The notes: a model not told the origin generated them from the sequence alone. 64,000 bases of DNA from Eledone cirrhosa (GCA_964016885.1 OZ024742.1:244652001-244716000); one strand, 5' to 3'. Counted from the first letter of the stretch, positions 10,791 to 23,139 are shown. Numbers and translations are program-made.

Positions 10791-12268
10791 TTACAATGCA
10801 AGCTAGGCACTTTTTATTGTGACACCTACATGACCACTTTACAGTGTGGACTGGGTGCTTTTTGTCGCGATACCTAAACGACCACTCTAGTGTGGGCTGG
10901 GTGCTTTTTGTTGTGACACCTTCACGACCACTTTACAGTGTGGACTGGGTGCTTTTTGTTGTGATACCTAAACGACCACTCTAGTGTGGGCTGGGTGCTT
11001 TTTGTTGACACCTACACGACCACTTTACAGTGTGGGCTGGGTGCTTTTTGTTGTGGCACCTACATGACCACTTTACAGTGTGGGCTGGGTGCTTTTTGTT
11101 GTAACACCTACATGACCACTTTACATTGTGGGCTGGGTGCTTTTTGTTGTGACACCTTCACGACCACTTTACAGTGTGGGCTGGGTGCTTTTTGTTGTAA
11201 CACCTACATGACCACTTTACAGTGTGGGCTGGGTGCTTTTTGTTGTAACACCTACATGACCACTTTACAGTGTAGGCTGGGTGTTTTTTGTTGTGACACC
11301 TACACAACCACTTTACAGTGTTGGCTGGGTGCTTTTTGTTGTGATACCTACATGACCACTTTACAGTGTGGGCTGGGTGCTTTTTGTTGTAACACCTACA
11401 TGACCACTTTACAGTGTGGGCTGGGTGCTTTTTGTCGTGATACCTAAACGACCACTTTACAGTGTGGGCTGGGTGCTTTTTGTTGTGACACCTACACGAC
11501 CACTTTACAGTGTGGACTGGGTGCTTTTTGTTGTGATACCTAAACGACCACTCTAGTGTGGGCTGGGTGCTTTTTGTTGTGATACCTAAACGACCACTTT
11601 ACAGTGTGGGCTGGGTGCTTTTTGTTGTGACACCTTCACGACCACTTTACAGTGTAGGCTGGGTGTTTTTTGTTGTGACACCTACACAACCACTTTACAG
11701 TGTTGGCTGGGTGCTTTTTGTTGTGATACCTACATGACTACTATACAGTATGGGCTGGGTGCTTTTTATTGTGGCACCTACATGACCACTTTATAGTGTG
11801 GGCTGGGTGCTTTTTGTTGTGACACCTTCACGACCACTTTACAGTGTGGGCTGGGTGCTTTTTGTTGTGACACCTACACGACCACTTTACAGTGTGGACT
11901 GGGTGCTTTTTGTTGTGATACCTAAACGACCACTCTAGTGTGGGCTGGGTGCTTTTTGTTGTGATACCTAAACGACCACTTTACAGTGTGGGCTGGGTGC
12001 TTGTTGTTGTGACACCTTCACGACCACTTTACAGTGTGGGCTGGGTGCTTTTTGTTGTAACACCTACATGACCACTTTACAGTGTAGGCTGGGTGTTTTT
12101 TGTTGTGACACCTACACAACCACTTTACAGTGTTGGCTGGGTGCTTTTTGTTGTGATACCTACATGACTACTATACAGTATGGGCTGAGTGCTTTTTGTT
12201 GTGACACCTATATGACCACTTTACAGTGTGGGCTAGGTGCTTTTTGTTGTGACACCTACACGACCACT
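10783..12268. repeat. 48-bp minisatellite, about 31 units, derived from the LINE 3' UTR
   Basis: Unit tacacgaccactttacagtgtgggctgggtgctttttgttgtgacacc; period 48 (e.g. 11061 and 11109), with some 46-bp variants. Confidence 0.95.
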
Positions 12269-12648
12269 ACCCGACCTGAGAATTACATAAAAGGTATATA
12301 TGTCTGTAATGCTCAACCACTTACACGTTAATTTCATGAACAGACTGTTCCAATAATCGAATAACTACAACACTCGTCGTTGAAACTGGCAGAAATCTAT
12401 TCCACTTTCTTTGTGATATGGGTCACACAATTTTTTTTATAATATTGACTTTTTATTTAGATATTTTCATCAATGACTTATGTCAATATTAATCTTTATG
12501 AAACAAAGCAATTCTTGTTGATCAGCTTCCCAAAGAGAGCTAATCTATAAACTGCTACAGCTGCTTCCAATTTTATGTGCATTTTCTTATTCTAAACAAT
12601 AAATAGTTATTTCAAATTGAGCATAAATCAGAGACCAGTCATTATTTA

Positions 12649-12868
12649 GGCGGTGGATTGGCAGAATCGGTAGTGTTGGACAAAATGCTTTGCAGGATTT
12701 AGCTATGGCCCTTTATGTTCTGAGTTCAAATCCCGCCAAGGTTAGCTTTGCTTTTCATTCTTACGGGGTCGATAAAATAAAGTACCAGTAACCCACTGGG
12801 CTCGATTTAGTCAACTTCAACTTTCCCTTTCCATTCAAATTGCTGGCTTTGTGCCAAATGTAGAAACA
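12649..12868 (+). mobile_element. Full-length SINE family A (longer subtype)
   Basis: Head, B-box, central block; TSD attatttag. Confidence 0.9.
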
Positions 12869-12914
12869 ATTATTTAGTATATTTTTCAAACATTTTAAAG
12901 AATAACAATTACAG

Positions 12915-12986
12915 AAAACATTTGAAACATAAACCTAGCAATATTCAATATCTATATCAGACGATGATTTCAGAGGGTACTTTGAA
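12915..12986 (+). CDS. Candidate internal exon (KHLKHKPSNIQYLYQTMISEGTL)
   Basis: Donor GAA|GTAAGT; open frame; acceptor ambiguous (AG at 12899-12900, 12913-12914 or 12959-12960). Confidence 0.22.
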
Positions 12987-13579
12987 GTAAGTTCATGAAG
13001 CTGAATTGTAGTGGAAAAATTAAATATGTTCACATGGTTTGATAGGGTCTAAGACTAGACAGGCTAGAGAGATGTCATCTTGCTCATATATTCCATAATT
13101 AGCATAGTTTCTAAAGCTGGATGCCTTTCCTAACATAAAACACCTTACAGAGTATACTGGGTGTATTTTATCATGGCATCAGCACTACCACTTTACAGAG
13201 TGTACAAGGTGCATTTTATTGTGACACCAACACTAAAGAGGTTGTCATATGCTCGACTAGACTGAAAAACCTTCTCTACTCTATATCGCCATTTGATCAC
13301 CACTTTGCAAAAGTTTGAGATAAAGCAGTTTTACCACTAAGAATAAATGACAATCAACCCCTTAGAAATGATACTGCACTTCCCATCATAGAAGATGAAA
13401 CACTCCTTACTGCTGAAATGACATATTTTGGATTAAATATTGGTGGAACACAGTCATGAACTAAAACAATGACTGGATTAAACTGTTTTATTGTAGTTTC
13501 ATCAGAAATATGATGTCACTCTAATCCACAAGCTGTTATGTTTTCAAACACTTTAAAAATAGGCTTTCCGATTTCTAGC

Positions 13580-13800
13580 AGAGAATACAGACAAATTTTA
13601 TAGGTAAAGCTAACCAGCAAGAGACTGAGAGGTAAACCACAAACAAGATGGTTGAAAACATCCATGAGCTCATTTGGTTGGGATTGGGGATCCAGCTGGA
13701 TCAATTGGAGATGGTTCCTTCAGATAAAACTCTCTGGAAGACATGTTTGAGAATTTTTTCCAACACAACCCTCCCAGGAATAAGTGGGCAAAGAAGAAGA
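13580..13800 (+). mobile_element. Expander-like RTE 3' end
   Basis: ENIHELIWLGLGIQLDQLEMVPSDKTLW, homologous to 9290-9474. Confidence 0.75.
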
Positions 13801-14744
13801 AAATATAGTCTTCAATTTGTTGGCACCTAGCCCATCTTGCAACATGAAGGTCATACATCTTTGCTAGCTGGGAAGATGTATGTTAAAGGATGATAATGAT
13901 GATGAAAAATATTCAACTTATTCAATTTTTGTAGGCTGTAGCCTTCATGATTTAAAAGCTCATGATTTAAATATTTAGCATATTCATGTACAATAAAAAG
14001 TACAAAAAATGTAAGTAGAGTCTTTAAAAATACAAATAAAATATATAGGATTCATTTTTCTATAAATCTTGAAAAATAAACATTTTTCAAAATGTGGAAA
14101 TTACATAAATCTTCATGAAGTAAGATGGATGTTCATGGCTGAGCCCGTATGAACATAGAGAGGCCGGTTCAATTAAAAATAACTTGGGCCTAAACAGCAA
14201 AAGCATGAACCAACAAAGAACATCTACATGGCTACACAACCCACTAAAAAAAGGTAGCCAAATACCTCTCAAATCACCCCTTCTATATTAAAAAATAAGA
14301 AAGATATGCTAGATAATATAGTTGTAGATATATTGTCTGAATTAAAGATGGAATCATCATAACAACAGTGTTAAAATTGTTATTATTAAAGTTGTTAAAC
14401 CTACATATTTCCCTAAGAATTATTAGAGTAGAATTATTTTAAGAGCAATAGCTATATAATCAAATGCAAATTTGATTTCTCTTTAGTGAATATTGAATTA
14501 GGGTTTGAACAATAATTATATGTTTACATGTGAAAATATCAGTGTTTCTGCAGATATACAAAGTAAACATGAAAGAAAACGAAAAATGTGCAATTTTAAA
14601 GGCTTCTCATATGTAAACATATACTATACATATATTTGAATATAAGATTTAACCTAATTCATATGCTCTGTAGTATGTATACATTTTTAATAATTATTGT
14701 AGGACTATAAACTATCTAACTGCAGGGAGTTGCTACTTCTGTTC

Positions 14745-15000
14745 ATAACAAAGAGATTTTCTCTTCAAGCAAAGAGTAAATTGTATAATGTCTGTGGTAG
14801 AAGTGTGATATTGTATGGCTGTGAGATATAGGTGGTAAATATAGAGAACATGTATGAAGAAGCTGGAGAGAAATGAAGTGAGCATGCTCCATTGGATGTG
14901 CAATGTTAGTGTGCATACAAAAGTTGGATGAATTTTCACTCAAGAAGAGCTACTCACCTCTCAGATGGGCCAGTGTCTATATGTCACTGGATGGGCCAGG
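14745..15000 (+). mobile_element. Decayed RTE-PHD fragment
   Basis: ctggagagaaatgaagtgagcatgctccattggatgtgcaat corresponds to LERNEACMLRWMCN of the 27-kb copy. Confidence 0.65.
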
Positions 15001-15492
15001 TGCCTATACATTGAAGACTATATATCTTCTTCCTTGCCCACTTATTCCTGGAAGAGTTAAAGGAACCACCTCCAATGGGGAAAAAAGCTGGGTGTAAGAA
15101 GAATCAAATATAGTGTGCAAGAAAGAGGACTGCCCAAAGCAAAAGATCACTAACGAGTTCTTGCTTTGCTCGCCAGCAGTGTTCATATTTATGTCCCCAA
15201 AACAGGAAAAAGAACAGTCCCATCTCAGTCAACCTCTGTAAATCACTACTATTTTGGTGCATTAAGGTTGATACCATTCATTCCAGTGTATACTGGGGCA
15301 TAACAAAACAGGTAGAGACAAGTTATGGCTTTAGGCAAATTACACATCTAGTGTGCAAGGGCTTAGCCAAAGGAGAAAAAATAGTAAAACAGAAGAGAAT
15401 AATATGGACTGCAGTGCAGTGTACAGACTGAGGTGTAGAAAAGGTAAGAAGGGAGAATAGAGGAAAACAGGCTGGGTGGTGTGATGTCTATT

Positions 15493-16585
15493 CATCATCA
15501 TCATCTTCATTTAACGTCCATCTTCCACGCTAGCATGGGTTAGACGGGAGTTGTCCCAATTTGAGGCAAGGTTGGTCGGGTGACCGTGTCTCGCTCATAT
15601 AGGACTATCTGGCAGGTTTTCTATGGCTAGATGCCCTTCCTAACACCAACCACATTTACAGTGTGGACTGGGAACTTTTTACCGTGTTACCTACATGGCC
15701 ACATTACAGCGTGGACTGTGTTTTTTGTCGTGACACCTACACGATCTCATTATCTCATTTATTTGGACTGGATGTTGTGGTACCAACTTTACAGAGAGAG
15801 GATGGTGTTGGTGGGAGTGGGAGGATAGGGTCGGGGTAGTAGATTGGGGTGTATATTTGGTTAAGAGGTGCCTACTGACTGTGGGTTTCACTTTGTACAT
15901 AGGCAAGGCGGGTCTTCTGTATTACAGCATAACGCCAAAGATCTCAGTCCAGTGACATTGTCTTAGAGAAGTGTGTAAGGTCGGAATTTATCAGCTCGTC
16001 CCAGGTTTTTCTGAGTCTACCTAATTCTAGGCCATGCTTCCATGTTGGGAATTTTTTCTCTAGTTCAGCCATAGATTTAGCTATGAGAGTTAGATCATCT
16101 GCGTATAGGGGTTCCCATGGACAGCCGGTCTTAAACTCCTCTGTTATAGCCTGAAAGGCAATAATAAATAGGAGGGGGCTAAGGACAGAGCCTTGATGAA
16201 CACCAACTTTTACACTAAATTCTTCACAATATTCATTGTTAATTCTAATCTTACTGACTGTTTCTTTATACATAGCTTGTATAGTTCTCACAAGCCATTC
16301 ATCTACACCTAGTTTTCTAAGAGTCCACCAGATAATGGAGCAGGGGACTCTGTCAAAGGCTTTCTCCAGGTCTACAAAAGCTAAATAGAGAGGTTTACCT
16401 TTAGCTAGGTACTTCTCCTGTAGTTGTCGTACAAGGAAAAGAGCGTCTGTGGTGCTTTTACCTGACACAAACCCAAACTGCATTTCATCTAGATCAATTC
16501 GCTCTGTGATTAGTTGCGCTATAACTCTTTCTGTGACCTTCATGACCTGGTCAACTAACTTAATGCCTCTATAGTTTCCCTCTAT
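15493..16585 (-). mobile_element. 5'-truncated, internally deleted RTE-PHD LINE with complete 3' UTR
   Basis: ORF 15944-16621 has NYRGIKL, QFGF, FVDLEKAFDRV, GVHQGSVLSPLLF, YADDL, then jumps to GRLRKTWDEL; UTR and (gat)n tail at 15493-15900. Confidence 0.9.
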
Positions 16586-16730
16586 AGCAACCGTCTCTAA
16601 TTGATCTGGCTGGATCCCCAAATGACACCAGCCAAGCCTTATGGATGTTGTCCAACCATCTAGCTAAGGGTCTATCCCCGTGTCTCCTGCTAATTGGTTC
16701 TGCCTAGCAATTCTTTCCTTAGACATTCTA
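16586..16730 (-). mobile_element. Expander-like RTE 3' fragment abutting the RTE-PHD copy
   Basis: GIQPDQLETVA matches EIQPD/QLEMVA of the 9.3-kb and 13.7-kb copies. Confidence 0.65.
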
Positions 16731-17087
16731 AAGAAGCTGTGAATGGAATATTTTTGAAAAGCCCAGTTTTGAAGTTTATAGTTCAGGACCTTTAACTTGT
16801 CATTGCATAACTTGAATAACATTGGCGCACTAGAGATGCAACTGATATCGGAGATTTTTATCGATTATATCAATTCTAATCGACATGAGACAGTGCGGGT
16901 TAGTTTTCAACCATTCTGTATTTATCATTTTTTCCTGGTTCACACTTCTTAACTGTTGCGTTTACGCTGGACAATAATGTATTAACTTCTCACTCCATTG
17001 AGTGCTTTGTAATTGCCTCAAACAACTTGAATAATACCTGCTGTATGGCAGCTACAACTTCAGTTTATACTTAATATATATATATAT

Positions 17088-17523
17088 GGTAAATTTCTTT
17101 AAGTCGTTTGGAAGCCTCGACAATGCAAATGGGTAAATCTCCAGGTAACAAGATCCGGTGGTGGAGAGAGAGATGTAAGTGGGTGAATGTTGAGATGCGT
17201 GGCGTGTATAAGACGTGTAGAGGAATGAAGGAAAGAGCATAAAGGATAAAAATAAAAATAACAACACGAGAGAGAGTTACCTTGGGAGAGATTTAATTGT
17301 CCCTATATATTTCGGATTCACATCCATCAACTGGGTTTTTTTTTATCCTTTATGCTCTTTTTTACCCTTTATGCTCTTTCCTTCATTCCTCTACACGTCT
17401 TATACACGCCACGCATCTCAACGTTCACCCACTTACATCTCTCTCTCCACCACCGGATCTTGTTACCCGGAGATTTACCCATTTGTATTGTCGAGGCTTC
17501 CAAACGACTTAAAGAAATTTACC
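17088..17523. repeat. Long near-perfect inverted repeat (arms about 165 bp)
   Basis: 17088-17252 is the reverse complement of about 17358-17523 with only a handful of mismatches. Confidence 0.95.
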
Positions 17524-17579
17524 TTATCATTCCACAATGCTTCAAGCAAACTTCAATACTCTTTTATATATATATATAT

Positions 17580-18306
17580 TTATTAAAATAACAGATTAAA
17601 GTTTAAGCAAAGAATCGCTGCTTTCACCCTTAACGGGATCTTCTGAAACAAACAAAGTCAATCTGTGAACGCAGAAGTAAATATTTCAAAAAACGTTGCA
17701 ACCGGAGGAAGACAGGAAGACGATACTTTGGTTTGTGGAAACGTTCCCTGGCAAAGAACGGGAAAAAATTTGGTTATACATTCGTATGCATGCGGGTACA
17801 GGCATTGCGTGGGTTCTGTATGTGCATGTGGGTTTTTTGGGGGTTTTTTTTTTGTGTGTACGTGCATGTATTTGTATACCTATGGCAAGTGTTTTCGCGT
17901 ATGCTTGTGTATGTACGTATATGGATGCGTGTATGTATTTATTTAATTTCAATTACCTCTGTATTTTATTTACTTTATTCTTAACTCTGAAGCCGAGAAT
18001 CATTCGGTTTCCTAGTTAGAATTTTAGTCTACGACTTCAGTTATACCATATACGTGGTTTTGTCTTTGCGTGCAATAGTTCTCCACGCTCCACATATGAC
18101 GTATTATCTTCGTTTTTTCCGTTCATTGCCAGAGAACGTCTCTATGAACCACCTAATAGAATATTAGTCTACGACTTCTTTTATACCATAAACGTGGTTT
18201 TGTCTTTGCGCTCCAAATAATGACGTATTATATTCGTTTTTTCCTGTTCTTTGCCAGGGAACGTTTCCACAAACCAAAGTATCGTCTTCCTGTCTTCCTC
18301 CGGTTG
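17580..18306. mobile_element. Rearranged Helitron-internal modules with an internal inverted repeat
   Basis: Shares aaagtttaagcaaagaatc(a/g)ctgctttca and aggaagacgata blocks with 3350-3710 (inverted) and 57555-57855; 17697-17767 is inverted at 18237-18306. Confidence 0.7.
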
Positions 18307-18712
18307 GATGCCCTTCCTCCTGGATGCCCTTCCTAACACCAACCACATTTACAGTGTGGGACTGGGAGGTTTTTACCGTGTTGCCTACACGGCCACATTA
18401 CAGCGTGGACTGTCTGGCGGGTTTTCTACAGCTGGATGCCCTTCCTAACACCAACCACATTTACAGTGTGGGACTGGGAGGTTTTTACCGTGTTGCCTAC
18501 ACGGCCACATTACAGCGTGGACTGTCTGGCGGGTTTTCTACAGCTGGATGCCCTTCCTAACACCAACCACATTTACAGTGTGGGGCTGGGAGGTTTTTAC
18601 CGTGTTGCCTACACGGCCACATTTACAGCGTGGACTGTGTGTTTTTTTGTCGTGACACCTACATGATCTCATTTGTTTTGGCCTGGATGTTGTGGCACCA
18701 ACATAACTTTAC
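18307..18712 (-). repeat. RTE-PHD 3' UTR fragment with a 112-bp segment in three tandem copies
   Basis: Near-identical blocks offset by 112 bp (atgcccttcc at 18324, 18436, 18548). Confidence 0.9.
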
Positions 18713-18759
18713 ATGTAAATGTATATTTATTCAAAGTATGTTAACTTATTGCAAGCTGC

Positions 18760-19260
18760 TGCAGCATACCATAAGCTGTGTTTCAAAGACTAGACTTCTT
18801 TAGGGCCAGAAAAAACTTCATCCTCTAACAGCTACTAGTCCCCTATAAAGATCAAATGAGAACCACGGTGGAATACTGCTGCCATGTTTAGGATGGTATT
18901 GCTGACATGTGCACAAACATTCTAGACTGCATTCAACAGAAAGCCTTCAAGCTAATTGACAAAAAAACACTGACCAATGCACTCCAAACTCTTACCCACA
19001 GACACACTATCTCCATACTCTCTCTTTTCTATTGCTACTATAACAGCCTTTGATAGCAGACTGCATACAATGTCCATCCGAGCCCACTTAACATATCTAT
19101 TGTCTCAACACCTATACAATGTTTTCCATTTCCGAGGCCTTTCACTAACTGCAATTCACAATCTTTTTCCCCCAGTATTTTTAACTTGTTAGAATTCTAT
19201 TTTTGTCCTTGTTTTTCTTCCAGACAATTGACTTATAGATGTTCAACTACATTAATCCTA
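18760..19260 (+). mobile_element. Decayed CR1/L2-like LINE 3' region
   Basis: Frames read YKDQMRTTVEYCCHV*DG and LDCIQQKAFKLI, resembling the CR1-type motif Y...IRP.MEYC.HVW.G...LD.IQ.KA..LI. Confidence 0.5.
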
Positions 19261-19448
19261 TCAAGGTCATGAAAACAACTGCATTTCTTCTGATTAAACC
19301 ATGAAAAGAAAGAAACAACATCTGGGTAGGAATCTATCTTATTGCTCCTGTTTTTTCATTAGGAAATCTCTTAAAAGTTGAAATTATTGCTCACTTTTCT
19401 ATTTAATGGGAGAACAATAACCTCTGTTTGATGTCAACAATAATTTAA

Positions 19449-19665
19449 CCCTTTAGCATTGAAACCGGCCATATATGGCCAGAATTCTCTCACCTCTTTC
19501 TGTTCAAACTAGTATAACCAACTGCTCATACTTCCGTTAAGGTATTGTTCTCAAAATAGATATTAAAATTTCATAGATTCGATACTATGTGAGATAATTA
19601 TGTCAGGTAAAGCCTTTACCTTGAAAATACAATAGTATATATAGAGTAATATAAATGTTAAAGGG
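19449..19665. mobile_element. piggyBac-like MITE
   Basis: TTAA|CCCTTTAGCATT ... TAAAGGG|TTAA. Confidence 0.85.
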
Positions 19666-19774
19666 TTAAGATATATATTTCTCACTAATCAATCCTTACC
19701 CATAAAGCTGAAATAATAGTTATTTAAGATAACCAATATATTTTGTTTTCCTTTTTATGCACCAACCTTATCTA

Positions 19775-20250
19775 CATCACCATTTTATGTTCACTTTTCC
19801 ATACTTGCATGGGATGGATCTTTTCCATCACAGCATTCCTCCACTGGTGAAATGGTTCTTTGTCATCTCTCCTGTGAACTTCAGAAATTTGGGATCAGCT
19901 CTAACAAACTTTGCCCAGATCTTCCTTGGTTTCTCTCTAGTGCAGCTTTTTTCTACTGAAATTTCTTGGCATTTATTCACCCATACACATCACATGTCCA
20001 TACCAGCTCAGTCATCTCTCCTGCACACTGCATCTGACTCCTCTTGTACACAGTTTTTCTCTCAGCTCATTCATGCTTTGCTGTTCATGCACATTAACAT
20101 TGCATATCCATTGAAGCATTCTTGCTTCATTTCTTTCTAATTTTTGCATATCCTCTGCATTCACTGCTTCTGTCTCACTGTCATGCTACACTGCACATCA
20201 CAAACAGGCATCATAGTCGGCTTTTCATTCATAGAGAGAAACCTATTTAT
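19775..20250 (-). mobile_element. Decayed RTE-PHD 3' fragment
   Basis: Reverse complement matches the ERNEACMLRWMCN...LRWYGHV...GRPRKTW region. Confidence 0.65.
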
Positions 20251-20608
20251 TGGTAAATGTTTCAAGTGAACCTTTTACATATAAAGTGTGTATATAAAAT
20301 GTTAAATGTAGTGAAATAATGTAGAAGTGTACTTGGAAATCAACCTGAAAAAGGCTTAAATTTAATTGCATGAAAAAAAACTAACTTCAAATGTACCCAA
20401 GTTGATGAGAAATCAAAGTTTAGTATAAACTGAATAAGTGGGTTACCAGTAGGTTAATATTGATTCCCTTCATTGTTACAAGGTATTTAATATTGACTAT
20501 ATACATTGACACAAGGTATTTATTTTATTGACCAGAGAAAAATGAAAAGTTAAGTCAACTAAAGCAGTTGAAGTGAGAATGAAGAAAAAATAACAACTAA
20601 ATGTTTAA

Positions 20609-20764
20609 CCCATTAACATTTACATAACTCTATATTTATTATATTTTAAAAAGTTTTATCTCACATAATGTCAGATCTACGAGACTTTGATATTATTTAT
20701 TTTGAGAACAATACCTTAACGTCAGTATGAGCAGCTGGTTACAGCCAGTTTGAAGGCTAAAGAG
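20609..20764. mobile_element. piggyBac-like MITE, degenerate
   Basis: Family-specific internal ttttgagaacaataccttaac and decayed TIRs. Confidence 0.7.
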
Positions 20765-21072
20765 TTGAAATATTTACTTTAGTCCAACATTCTACCATTT
20801 TTTCTATCTAAACTGGTTAATAACAAAAATCTTAATGATAATTTGCTTATCATTTAGCGAAAATAGCTTTTTTTTCCGTACCAACAAAGGAGCCACTACA
20901 TAGCTACTCCACCTGCTAAAAATAGCAGCCAAACCTTGAAACCACACCCAATAGTTTTAATTAAAGAAAGGCACATAAGTTAAAGTAGTTCTAGATCCTC
21001 TTAAAAAGAAAAGATTGTCATGGCTGGGATATCTTTAATCATTGTGTTATTACATTATTCAACTTTCTACAG

Positions 21073-21180
21073 GAGACCTTCTTCGGTGAAGATGAGGGAA
21101 TTGATGAAAAGACTTATCAGTGGACAGATATTGTTTTGCAGCCCCAGGTCACATTTAGTCCACCAAAGAACAAGCTATGA
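21073..21180 (+). CDS. Candidate last coding exon (ETFFGEDEGIDEKTYQWTDIVLQPQVTFSPPKNKL*)
   Basis: Acceptor ttattcaactttctacag, 35 protein-like codons then TGA, non-repetitive, followed by a TE-poor region; gene not recognised. Confidence 0.45.
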   Translation, partial: ETFFGEDEGIDEKTYQWTDIVLQPQVTFSPPKNKL

Positions 21181-21491
21181 CCCACATATCTTTCCAGCTA
21201 GACTGTATCTACTTAGCTGAGAACCATAATGCACAATCTAACATGCAGTTTTTAATCATATTGGTTGTAGTCTGAGTCTGGACATGTTGCACTCTCTCAG
21301 TCCACTGTCCAGTTTACTTCTGTATAGCCATAGATTGTAGTTGTGGTCACAATGGAAGGTGGAAACAGTCAGAGAATAGCAGTAGTTATTCTTGTGCCCT
21401 TGTTATTTATTGGTGGCATGCACCACATACAGTGTTTGGGGTTAGTGGTGCTATTGGTGTTAGAACTCTTTCTGTTTCTATGTGTTTTTAA

Positions 21492-21700
21492 CACTTTAGC
21501 ATTTACATTACTCTATATATACTATTGTATTTTTGTGGTAAAGGCTTTATCTTACATAATTATTTCACATAATATCATATCTACGAACTTTTGATGTTAT
21601 TTATTTTGAGAAAAATACCTTAATGTTAGTATGAGCAGCTGGTTTGAACAAAGAGGTGACAGAATTCTGGCCGGTTATGGTCAATTTAAATGCTAAAGGG
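21492..21700. mobile_element. piggyBac-like MITE
   Basis: TTAA-flanked, ATGCTAAAGGG right TIR. Confidence 0.85.
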
Positions 21701-23139
21701 TTAATGTTTCAGCTGAGTGGAAAAAATTTTTTTTTTAGGATACTGTTGTAGTTGTTTTTAGTCTCAAATTAACTGTAATCATGTAAGCCTTAGAAATATA
21801 AGCATTTTAACCAAGAACATTATCCAACATGTCCTTTTCTTAAGACACTATAGAGTTGTTTCAAGGAAATAATTGCTCTTTCATTGGCTCATTGTTGTAG
21901 TAGTGTTCTGTGGTGTTGTGTATGTGTTTGGGTGTTTAGAAGTAGTTCTTTTCAAATAGTTGCTGTGACAACAAACTGTGCCCCAAGCATGTCCGGGTTT
22001 TTAATTTTAGTATTTTTGTTGTGAATATTACCCACCCATCTTAAGAATAGCTAAACATACTTGATAAACTAATCACAAATATAATATGCCAGACAAGAAG
22101 CCAAGATGGTCATGGCCTCAGCACTAGTCTAACAATGTTTATTTTTCAGACAGTGGGCAGATATATAAATGAAATATGAAGATTCAATGAAATATAAGTT
22201 GAGCAGATAAGCACAGAGTACTGAGAGTCCAAGTAAATTTTGAAAGAAGATAATTAGAATTAACTCTGTTAGGTAGAGACCCATATATGCGATATATCTA
22301 TAAAATAATAATAATGAAATTATTGTGTACAATACTCAGGTGCACTACAACTCATCAAAGGTGCATGTATAATACATAGAATATATTTAAGTCAAACAAT
22401 ATAGAGTATGGAAACACTAAATTCTAAAAAAAGCAAAATATGTTTATATACACATGTAAATTAAGCTCATCAGTGTAAAATGATGATGGTGTCAGGAATG
22501 CACACACAAACAGATACATATGATGAAGATGAGAAGGAGGAGGAGGTTAAGTGGGTGGTTACATTTTGTTTACATTTACATTTAATAGTTTCGCAAATAG
22601 TATTAATCTAAATTCTTTAGAAATGGAAAATGAACTTTAATCAGCTTGAGCTATTATGAAGAAATATACTTTATTTCAGCTACTTCAGTATAGTTTCTCT
22701 CAAGGGCCTTTGTCACATGATCAATTCAATTTGTTTGTTTGGTCCTTTTTTTTTGTTTTTCTATTTTGTTTATGATTGTGTGTGTGTGTGTGAGTGAATG
22801 CGTGCGCATGTGTGTTTTGTATTGGTTTTTTTTATTTGTTTTTGTTTATTTGTTTTTGTTGCTGTTATTTGTTTTAGTTTTGTTGTTGTTGTTTTTTTTT
22901 ACTTTTAAAAATCATTGGAAAAGAATATAGGACAAACCTGTTATATTAATGATTTACAACAATTGCTGTTTTCTGTGGAAGAAATGGAAGAAATTTGTAT
23001 GATAAATTGATTTTTTTGAACATATTATTTTATTGCTTATTTATTTTATTTTGCAATTTTCTATTTACAGTCTAACAGTAATGTTAGCAACTAGATGAAG
23101 GTTTTAGGGTTTAGAAATAGCACAAGAACTACTGTGTAG

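Noticed and set aside
10783-12268. CRISPR-like array or Cys-rich repeat protein (ORFs 10986-11447, 12068-12331)
   Set aside because: Head-to-tail 48-bp units with no unique spacers, no cas genes, eukaryotic context. The ORFs arise because 48 is divisible by 3 and are broken by stops and 46-bp units.
23098-23115. Telomere-like TTAGGG
   Set aside because: Single unit, not an array
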